DNA of 63,540 bases, filler included, from Octopus bimaculoides (lineage: Eukaryota), in assembly GCF_001194135.2 (NCBI RefSeq). It is 6 parts of 5 records of this genome, joined end to end, with 100 filler letters (N's around TTAATTAATTAA, not from the genome) between each part and the next. Parts side by side here need not be neighbours in the genome. Positions count along the whole stretch, not along the records: positions 53,404 to 63,540 come from NC_069003.1; 5 more parts are not named here. One strand, 5' to 3'. The notes beneath the pieces are model-generated. The model saw only the letters and a list, made by a program, of their open reading frames with translations. It made no database searches and was not told the origin of the DNA. This document shows, in pieces, positions 53,770 to 63,540 of the stretch. Positions within the stretch are counted from its first letter, which is position 1. Each line of letters starts with the position of its first letter. A program made the translations under genes and the position numbers.

Positions 53770-54050
53770 TGGTTCTACACACTCATACAGTCATTCAAAA
53801 CCCAAAACTAACACATTCAACATCACTTGCAGAGTAAATATGGTGACTGAAAAACCAGAACACCAAATACTCACTCCATTGTGGTGTGGTAAAACATGCA
53901 ACCCTATACACTGGAGGAAGACGACCTTGCCAATCATGCACCCAAGCAGCAACCCAATACTGCTATCGGGCACACAGCTTCTGAACAAAAGAAGCAAACT
54001 GACAATAAGCTGTAACCATAAAATTCCTAAGACATTCAGGCTGTTGTATA
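53770..54050 (+). mobile_element. Penelope-like element C-terminal remnant
   Basis: Frameshifted CN-L-TLEE..LAIM...LLNKRSKLTISCNHK resembles the PLE terminal CxLCxxEK...LNKRSEL..CRH motif. Confidence 0.6.
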
Positions 54051-55362
54051 AACCAACCTAAGTAACAACACAAATAATCTTCACGGTCTCTAAATACACT
54101 ACTAGACTCTTACTTTGTACTAACTCACCTTTGTTTATGTTTTTTTGTTTTTCCCAGTCTCCTACCACTACCACCACCACCAATACTGAATCAACATCTC
54201 TCACTCCCATTCTTCACAGACATACTATCCCACATCTGTATCTATATATACACATATATGCATGTATACTCCCATGTATAGTAACCTTTCAATTTAGCCG
54301 TATACACACACTTTCATTTTAACATTTCTTTTTGTCTAAAAGTGGCACAGTCAATTACGATGATGAAGGTTCCAGTTGATCCGATCGACAGAACAGCCTG
54401 CTTGTGAAATTAACATGCATGTGGCTGAGCACACCACAGACACGTGTACCCTTAACGTGGTTCTCAGAGAGGTTCAGTGTGACACAGAGTGTGACAGGGA
54501 TGGCCCTTTGGAATACAGGTACTACTCCTTTTTGCCAGCTGAGTGGACTGAAGCAATGTGAAAAAAAGTCTTTCTCAAGGACACAACGCATTGCCAGGAA
54601 TTGAACTCATGACCATATGATTGTGAGCCGAATACACTAACCACTAAGCCACATGCCTTCACTTCCTTTTATCTATATGCCCACTTTGCCATGTATTTTT
54701 ACATACAGACCCATATGACTAGGTGAATTCCTTTGTTTCTTAACATCTTTTCTTTACATGTTTTTTCTTTTCATTTTTTTAAATTGATTTATTCATCACC
54801 ATATCTCTAACTACTTTTTACTTTATTTTTACTCTATTTAATTGGTTTACTATGTTCACCATGTCTATATCTATGTGTAACTTGTTTTCCTTTGACAATC
54901 CCTCCATGAACAGATACACGAGTATCTTTTCACAGGGTCACCTATCTACAGACATCATCATGTGTGGGTGTGCATGTGCTTATATACACACACACACACA
55001 CACATATTTTTATGTGTGTGTGTGGAGGGTGTCTATTTGTATGTGTGCATGTCCATATACATGCCTGCACAAATATAATTCTAAGGGTGTATTTATACAC
55101 CATATGTATATGTAATGCATGTGGGCACATCTATGCATATGTGTGTGTTTATATATAGACATACACTATATATATATCTGTAAAAATATGCGATACTTAT
55201 TTGGTGTCATGTATTTTTACAGATAAATTCCTCTATTTACATATCGAGGTCTCTTTCTTTCTTTTGTTGTCTTTCTATCAATATATATATATGTATGTAT
55301 TCATGTGTATATCTATGTATACATGGGTGTGTGTGTGTGTGTGTGTAGATATGTATGGGAGT

Positions 55363-55393
<31 letters not shown>

Positions 55394-55444
55394 GAGGCAC
55401 ATGGCTAAATGGCTAGGGTATTCAGCACATGATCACAAGGTCGT

Positions 55445-55990
55445 GAGTTCAATGACGTGATAGTTTTAGCTGTGGTAAGTAATGGAGGTCATGTCATGCC
55501 ACCTCTCATCATTCCACAGGGTCTTACAATTAATGCTGCTGGATGTCTTGGAGGTGCTGGAGACAATTATGAAGCCCTGGATGGATGAAGTATGCAGTGG
55601 AAGGCCATAAGTGTTTCAACAAGACTCAGCACCGTCTCACAAAAAGCCAAATAACCCACAAATGGCTGTCAGACGATCTTTATAATCATGTAGCACCAAA
55701 CTTGGGGTCTCCAAACTTACTAGATTTAAATCCCATGGACTACTGTGTTTGGAGTGTTGCTGAATGAGGGTCTAACTGACATTCTCACAATCTATAGCTT
55801 GACTAAAGATTGCCGATGTGAAGGTGATGCCTGAAATGAATAAGGAGCATTTCGGTTTTCAGTGCAGGCATGTCAACGATTCTGGTTTCACACTGAAGCA
55901 GTCATCAGAGCTGAAGGTGGATTCATAGGATTAACCTATAAGAAAGCTTATGGAGACCATGAGCACCAACTTCTATTAAAATACATCTGT
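55445..55990 (+). mobile_element. Tc1/mariner transposase DDD/E catalytic fragment
   Basis: Frameshifted VLAVVSNGGHVMPP...KPWMDEVCSGRP..FQQDSAPSHK...SPNLLDLNPMDYCVWSV. Confidence 0.85.
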
Positions 55991-56034
55991 TTTTTGCTTT
56001 ATTAAATTGCCAAATATGTCTTCAAATATCTCTC

Positions 56035-56070
<36 letters not shown>

Positions 56071-56888
56071 TTTTACTTATTTCAGCCATTAGGACTTTTA
56101 GCCAAATGAATCAAACCCAGTACTTATTTTTTATTTTAAGCCTGATTCTTATTCTATCAATCACTTTTGCCAAACCGCTATGTTATGGGGATGTAAACAC
56201 ACCAACACCAGTTGTCAAGTGGTGGTGGGCTGTGTGGTAAGAAGTTTACTTCCCAACCACATGGTTCTGGGTTCAGTCCCATTGTATGGTACCTTGGGCA
56301 AGGGTCTTCTACTATAGCCTCTGGCTGACCAAAGCCTTGTGAGTGGATTTAGCAGATGGAAATAGAAAGAAGTCCATTGTGTGTGTGTGTGTGTGAGTGA
56401 GTGTGTGTTTGTGTATATGTATGTATGTGTGTGTATGTATGTATGTATATGTATGTGTGTGTGTGTTTGTATCTGTTATTCCCTACCACTACTTGAGAAC
56501 CAGTGTTGGTGTGTTTACATCCCCATAACTTAGCAGTTTGGCAAAAATTGACTGATAGAATAAGTACCAACCTTTAGGAAAAAACGTACTGGAGCTGATT
56601 CATTCCACTAAATATTCCTCAAGGTGGTGCCCCAGCATGGCTGCAGTCTAATGACTGAAACAAGTAAAAGATAAAAGAAGCAATGTTGACAATGATGACA
56701 TGTAGCCTAGTGGTCAGGATGTTCAGCTTACAATTGCAATATCATGGGTTCAATTCCTGGAAAAGGCAGTTCTTTGTGTCATGACAGACCTATGCTCACT
56801 CAGAGCCAACCAGGGGTTGAAGAACAATAACAAACAAACAAAGAATAAGTTAGTCATGACATTTCTGCCAGACAAGATCTAATCTTAC

Positions 56889-57156
56889 CTTGAGCAGGCT
56901 CTCTGGGGACAATAACTCATCGTCTACGATAATGATTCTTACTTCATCCGACTGTAGATTATCAGCCCTATATTCCTGTAGTTCGTTCCATTTACTTATC
57001 CATAAACTATTTGTGCTAAACGACAACTCAGACTTTGGTATCCACTCTTGTTGCTTGTCACTCTCCTTCCGAATCAACATGCCAAGGGACAATAAAGAAA
57101 GCAATAAACCACTTATGATAAATATGTGTGGCTTTCTGCCAGCGAAACAACCAAGT
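56889..57156 (-). CDS. Patched-domain/NPC1-like (sterol-sensing, RND family) protein, exon with TM1 and the start of the lumenal loop
   Basis: tttccttgttcttttctgttccag| acceptor, AAG|gtaaga donor, 268 nt. RLGCFAGRKPHIFIISGLLLSLLSLGMLIRKE...WIP...W...RIIIVDDELLSPESLLK fits the PTCHD3/Ptr/NPC1-like N-terminal pattern recalled from memory. Confidence 0.72.
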
Positions 57157-57809
57157 CTGGAACAGAAAAGAACAAGGAAATATAAAGAAACTAGTTTGAA
57201 TGGCAGAGACAAAAAGAGAAAGAGACACAGAGAGATAGAAATAGAGGGGGAGAAAGAGGAGGGAGCTGCCCCAGAACTTGGCTAGTAAGCAAAGTGGGAA
57301 TGAAGTACATTGCTCAAAAATGCAACACGCGTTCCTGGTCCAGGATTGAAAGTCACCACATCCCTATGTTGGTGAGTCCAATGTAACTTGTTCCTCGATT
57401 ACATGCTTTCACTTCATAGCTAGGAGAGGGGGTGAGAGAGATAGATAGACAGACAGACAGACAGACAAAGACAGATAGACTGACAGAGACAATGTGTGTG
57501 ACAGATGGCAAAGTTAGTAGGATCTTAAAACTGACAGCCAGAAGGATCTAAGTTCATAACTAGACCATGGCATTAGGTTATTTTTGTGACTGTGTAAATT
57601 ATCCACAGTGGGACTGAACCCAAAACCATGTGGTTGAGAAGCAAAACCTTCTTAACCACACAGCTTACAATTGTAAACAATGCTATCTATGAAGTGAAGG
57701 CTTGTGGTCTAGTGGTTGTGATGTTGGGCTAATGATCATAAGATAGTGGGGTTCAATAACTGGACCAGGTGGTGTGTCATGTCTTCAAGCAAGGCACTTC
57801 ATTTTACTA

Positions 57810-58580
57810 TAGACAGGTGGTTTGCATGTCTTTTGAAATTGCCTTCACACAACTCGATGTAATTTTCCTGTATGGTCATTTTGAGACGTTGCTGTGACTT
57901 CTGCTTCATATATGACAGTTTATCATACATGCCTGGTCAAGTGGGCAAGCTTCAAAGTTTCAGCAGTTACAAATTTGAGTGGGCTTTTTGGTGATGCTTA
58001 TGAGTGTTAATGTTTTTCATTTTGGAACAGTAGCTGTATGACATTTTAATTGAGCATCTGTTAAAAATCTTCCTGTATTTGTGATTTATGGTGAAATGTT
58101 TATCTAAAAGAGGTAGGAATTTCTTGCCTACAGTATTATTTTCCTAAGTCTATTTTTATAATTCATAAAGTGTTGTAATATACCTTATCTTTGAAGCCAC
58201 TGTCAACTAGAGCATTGTCAAAGTAGGGGGCTATTTATCAAATATTTCTTTACAAGGGAGATTAGATATCCTATTACTAATGTTAGCTTTCAGGCTTTTA
58301 AACACTACAGTAGGTGACAGAACTGTTTATATATGTAGGAGAGTTTCTCGTTTGGCTTATGGTACAGTTTATAAGAGTGGGAGTTTAGATCTTGGGAAAC
58401 ATCAGGAAAATTGACTTTTGACAGATTAGTAGTAACAGTGATTTTGAGGCCTAATTAACTCAAAGTATCAATAAGATTTTTTTTTTCCTGAATTTATCAA
58501 GAGTGTGACCATCACAGCCATGAGATATTCCCAACCTATCATCTTGGTATAGACCAACACCATGGGATGGGAATTTGGAT
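57810..58580 (-). mobile_element. Penelope-like element remnant (RT thumb to GIY-YIG)
   Basis: APYFDNALVDSGFKDK; VGKKFLPLLDKHFTINHKYRKIFNRCSIKMSYS; YEAEVT...YIELCEGNFK. Confidence 0.8.
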
Positions 58581-58958
58581 CACAGTGCATTTAATATAGA
58601 GATCCACAAGGCCACAGATGACTGCACTGTTATACGATCCCATCAATACATAAAACAACTCATCTGTACTGAATATTTTAACCCATGACAAGCCTTTACT
58701 AAATAAAATATTGGATAATGTCGCTTAAATAACAGTGACACCCATTTACAACCATCATATGATGCCAAGACAAAGAGACACAAAAACTCACATTATTGTA
58801 CACAACTGACACTTCTTTCAGTTTCCATCTACCAAACCTACTCAAAAGTCTTTGGCTAGCCTGGGACAATACTAGAAGACACTTGCCCAAAGTGCCACAT
58901 AGCAAGCAAATAAAATGCTGCTGGGAAGCAAACTTCTAAGCACACAGTCATTTCTGCA

Positions 58959-59004
<46 letters not shown>

Positions 59005-59030
59005 TATATGCACACACACACACACATATG

Positions 59031-59080
<50 letters not shown>

Positions 59081-59163
59081 TATACACACACACACATATA
59101 TACACACACACACACATATATATACACACACACACATATATACACACACATATATACACACAC

Positions 59164-59220
<57 letters not shown>

Positions 59221-59472
59221 TGCAGAANNNNNNNNNNNNNNNNNNNNNNNNNNNNNNNNNNNNNNNNNNNNNNNNNNNNNNNNNNNNNNNNNNNNNNNNN
59301 NNNNNNNNNNNNNNNNNNNNACATATATATACACACACACACATATATATACACACACACACATATATATACACACACACACATATATATATACACACAC
59401 ACACATATATACACACACACACACATATATATACACACACACACATATATACACACACATATATACACACAC

Positions 59473-59529
<57 letters not shown>

Positions 59530-59739
59530 TGCAGAATATGGCGGTTTAGTTCACTGGTGATCTAAACAAATACGTATGCTGGGTAAGTGCTGTATTGGAT
59601 TATCAGGGTTCCAAGCTCATATCTGAAACGGGAGCTATGGATCCATTTTAGATTTCTGACTTAGCAGATATATATTTGTGAAAGAGAATAAACACTGAAG
59701 AATAAAAGTATCTCAAGTCATATACATTATCTTATATTA

Positions 59740-61240
59740 TTCTTAAATTAGATGATGCCTTACAGCTGTTTCTGAGATATTGCAAGTGATAGGTGAGTAT
59801 GCCTGAATATGGGGTATTCCATCATCAGAGACAAGTAGAGAACACATGAAAGATCTAGACATGAAAAATTGATAGATAGTAAGCAATGGCATAGAAGAGT
59901 AGAGAGTAAGGAAAAAAGGAAATAAAGTTCACAGTTCATTTTTCAGAGGGTATGGATGTTAGTCCGTATGTCCTTAGGTAAAATCCAAGGCAAATCCAGG
60001 CAGTATTACGGAAAAGTATGAGTAGTGTGTTCACAGCATAAATATCCAGGCAATATTTTGGCAGAAATGGGAATGGTGTGTTCATATTGAGATGGCTCGT
60101 TTGTGTGAGAATGATCATAAATGTGGCTATTGAGCAAAGTGGAGGGTGAAAGAGAAAGAAAGGGAAAGAGAGGCTAATGAGGAGAGAGAGAGGAATGGGG
60201 TAGCCTGTGTGGATAGAGAGAGGAGGAAGGTAAGTGACAGGGTATTAGCAAGGATTGGTCAGAAGGATTAGCTAGAAGAATAAAAATAATGAAAGAAATC
60301 TAAAAACAGAGAGTAAAAAATTTTTTTAAACATATATAAAATAAAATAAAAAAATATAAAAAGTAGAAAAGAGTAAGAATAGATTGTAAAAATAAGGGTA
60401 TAGATAAAAGAAGAGAAGAGGAAGATAATGGAGGGTATAAAATAAAAAGGGATCAAGGAGAATAGGAAAAGAAATAAAGAGAAAAATAGATAAGATACCA
60501 ACACTATTCCTCAAGTTTAGGGTCGGGACAAGAAGTCAAGCAGTTAATATTTGTGTCTGTTGAAGAGATGAAGTTCCAGTTGGTTATGTTCAGTAGTTAT
60601 AGATGTATTCCTATCTATGGGGGGTTAGGGTTAGATGAGGTAATAATAGATTATATATCAGGTGTAGAGGAGTAGGATAATTTTAAAGTGAATTTGTTAA
60701 AGATAGAATGGCATTTATGGTGATGTGGGAAGTTAGAGTTCACTATTTGAAAGGTTTTGATTAGGCCCTTAATGTTTAAAGTGAATGGGGATGCGTACCA
60801 GAGAATTGATCTCTACATCACTTTTGCTTGGCAAATTAAGGGAAATGTAATTCCTGGTATATGTAAGAGGAGAGTTGTAGGATTCGATGTTTATATATGC
60901 TTAGATCGAGTATTATATGTGTGAGTGCAGGGTGGATAAGATTGTCTTATATGAGGTCCTTCTAAGTTTCTGGTGGTGGTATTAGTTTGTCTATCTATAG
61001 TGGGAGGGTTTAGGTGTCCAAAAGGTGGGCATTCTACATTTTATTTCCTGTTAATAGATGATAAAATGATAAATAAATTAGGGGTTAAGCTAAAACTAAT
61101 CTTTACAATTTTATGGTTAATGATTTTGTTGTATCTATTATCAATGTTAAAGTGTGTATGGATAGCTTTGAATATAGATTTAACTATGTTATTTTTAATT
61201 TGCATAGCATATGGAATAATAAACCATATTTATAGATAAG
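59740..61240 (-). mobile_element. Second Penelope-like element remnant with a downstream hammerhead motif
   Basis: RSILWYASPFTLNIK...NFPHHHKCHSIFNKFTLKLSYSSTPDI, with many stops; CUGAUGA...GAAACAGCUGUA at 59758-59831. Confidence 0.72.
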
Positions 61241-62019
61241 CTTTCTCAACTTTGTTTACAACTTACAATTGTTATTTACTTCCTCACCTTATTCATATTG
61301 TACTTTATTTACATTGTAATTTACTCTAAAACCTTTATTTATTCATCTTTTATTACTCTAATTCTATTTACATACTCTGTCTGGACGGGACGCCAGTCCA
61401 TCGCAGTGTTACTCAAAAAACAGGAAGAAAGAGTGAGAGAAAGTTGGGGCAAAAGAGTACAACAGGGGTCGCCACCACCCCTGCCGGAGCCTCGTGGAGC
61501 TTTAGGTATTTTCGCTCAATAAACACTCACAACGCCCGGTCTGGGAATTGAAACCGTGATCCTCTGACCGCGAGTCCGCTGCCCTAACCACTGGGCCATG
61601 CGCCTCTACACACATATATATATATATATAATCTTTATCCATCCAGGTTTCATCATTCCTTTGTAGCCATGTTCAATGATTGCCTCTCTCAACTATTGCC
61701 TGGATTTCTTTCAAACTACTACAAAACTTATAGTTTATCTTGTACAACTGCAAATGATCCAAAGAGTGGGTTGAACCCTTGGAATCAAAATGATTAACCC
61801 TTTTCATACCAAACTACTTGAAAAAAACGCCTAAGACTGCCTCTCACTTTATGATAAAAACTTCCTGTTTTAAAGTGAATTAAATTAAAACCTTCAATCC
61901 AAATTTCTTGTTAATTTATATTCCAAACACCAACTTAATACAACAAACTCATTTTACTAAATTCTTCATTATTTTCAAAATGGTTTTAAATATCAGGAGT
62001 TGTGTATATTTTCAGGGAA

Positions 62020-62056
<37 letters not shown>

Positions 62057-62067
62057 TAAGAGTGGTA

Positions 62068-62149
62068 CAACAAGGTACCGATATTTACTGGACAATAGCA
62101 ATCGATATAAATACGACGCTATTGTCCAGTAAATATCGGTACCTTGTTG
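62068..62149. repeat. Perfect 32-bp inverted repeat with an 18-nt loop
   Basis: caacaaggtaccgatatttactggacaatagc at 62068-62099 is the exact reverse complement of 62118-62149; the right arm abuts a gap. Confidence 0.9.
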
Positions 62150-62262
62150 NNNNNNNNNNNNNNNNNNNNNNNNNNNNNNNNNNNNNNNNNNNNNNNNNNN
62201 NNNNNGGCTATTTTTTGCTGGAAATTGATACATTTGTATTAATACATTTGTATTGAAATATT

Positions 62263-62308
<46 letters not shown>

Positions 62309-63534
62309 AATAAATGCATCCTTTTAAAAGCCTGAGGAAATGTTAAGATATTAAATGTTTTGAATAAAAAATTATTTCCCAAAAGGAAACATCCATCCAA
62401 CTTCTTGACGTTCCAAAAGTCTGCTGATCAGAGTTTGGAGACAGATCTAATACTAAAAAATTATCTGTGGAGCAGTAAAAAATTTTGTCCAGGAGACCCC
62501 GTCAGTTTAATAACCAATCATTGCTCTATGTGGTCATTACTTGCCAGAAATAGGAACCAAATAGCCTTTAAATAATACCGTACATCATTAAAAAATAAAA
62601 GTAGTAAATACTGAATAAATCTAGTGCTTGATATAGAATGTAGTATTTCTGAACATGAAATAATCATCAGGGTTGGTTATGGTTGGAACGTCTTTGACGA
62701 TCGATTTGTCTGATCAGGGCTAAACAAAATAACAACAGCAACAAGAAATACGACGTGGGTGTTTTTAAGTAGACGTTTGATCTGCCAAAGAAAGCAGCCA
62801 AATCCATCCCTGTAGTCACAAATGAGAAAAAGGACCACATTAGACAAAATGGTTCTAGATAAAATATGAACTGAAAAAAAAAAAGTAAAAAAGAGGTGGG
62901 GGTAGAGACACATGGCTGTAACACCATTTGTTGTTTACTTACTGTTCTATTATGTATTTTCATTTATATATTATAAAAAAGAAGACCGGAAGAGTTGGGA
63001 AATTAACCGTGGTGACAGTTCATTAAAAGCAAAAGTCGGTAACGTGAGTAATATTGAACCCTAGTGGGGGAGGTCTATGTGACTATCCAATAGATCGATA
63101 AACACTTGGAATAATTTTAAGCATTAAGGGTATGGAATTATTTAACAAACAGAATCAAGAAGAGAGTGGGTAATTTAACTTATTTCCACCCAATTACCGG
63201 TACAAAAATAACTAGTTTTCACCAAATATTTCACATTAAATATTCCGACTATATCAATTGAACAGCACTGAACTTTTATTGTTCTTTATCATTTTTGTCA
63301 AATATTTTCAGTAAATTTCTTTAAATATTTATTAATTAAAAAGCAGTAATGATACAAAAGAACAAAGGAATTAATGTTTTTAAATCAAGAAATTTTTTAT
63401 TAATTATGCTTTTTAATTTTATTTTAGAAATTTACATGATGGGGAAACAAAAGACCTAGGGTGAAACAAAAGGAGACAAAAAAAAAAAAAGTTATAGTAA
63501 AATAATAATTAAATTATGTAAGTTAGGCACTCAC

Positions 63535-63540
63535 CTGTAG
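63535..63540 (-). CDS. 3' end of the preceding exon of the Patched-domain gene (runs off the window)
   Basis: CTACAG|gtgagt at 63534. Splicing to 57156 gives xxC TAC AG|A CTT GGT = (F)YRLG, the usual motif before TM1. Confidence 0.6.

Noticed and set aside
49900-57156. Helitron capture of the Patched-domain exon
   Set aside because: They are separated by a scaffold linker and several unrelated TEs, and the exon has intact splice sites plus an upstream partner exon.
62667-62963. Minus-strand ORFs with hydrophobic stretches in the Patched-domain intron
   Set aside because: They end in stops with no donor, have no recognisable homology, and the flanking exons already splice in frame without them.
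63529-63540. Donor at 63534 as the end of Msx exon 1 (ACA G|GA GTC would also be in frame)
   Set aside because: The intervening 56889-57156 exon accepts it in phase 2 to give YRLG, the expected Patched-domain motif, and lies in the same assembly block. The Msx join would cross three linkers.

Overview
AT-rich, microsatellite- and SINE-dense eukaryotic DNA. The repeat families and gene content suggest a coleoid cephalopod, probably Octopus (inference). About a fifth of the window is N (estimate by eye), and five artificial N-TTAATTAATTAA-N scaffold linkers (6882, 14266, 40675, 48102, 53348) split it into six blocks, so gene order across linkers is unverified. Recognisable genes: the last two exons of TEFM (+), three exons of ADI1 (-, first exon not found), the homeobox exon of Msx (-, first exon not found), and one full exon plus the preceding donor of a Patched-domain/NPC1-like (sterol-sensing domain, SSD, family) gene (-). 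Mobile DNA: a decayed Helitron Rep, R4/Dong-clade and RTE LINE fragments, three Penelope-like remnants, a Tc1/mariner fragment, a pogo-like MITE and several tRNA-derived SINE families. Best leads: four minimal hammerhead-ribozyme motifs in four different repeat contexts, one with an unusual core; a heat-shock-element/TATA/Inr cassette inside a TEFM intron; a fold-back element with a pre-miRNA-like core; a degenerate ~100-bp tandem array; and orphan candidate exons. All homology calls are from pattern recognition, not database searches.
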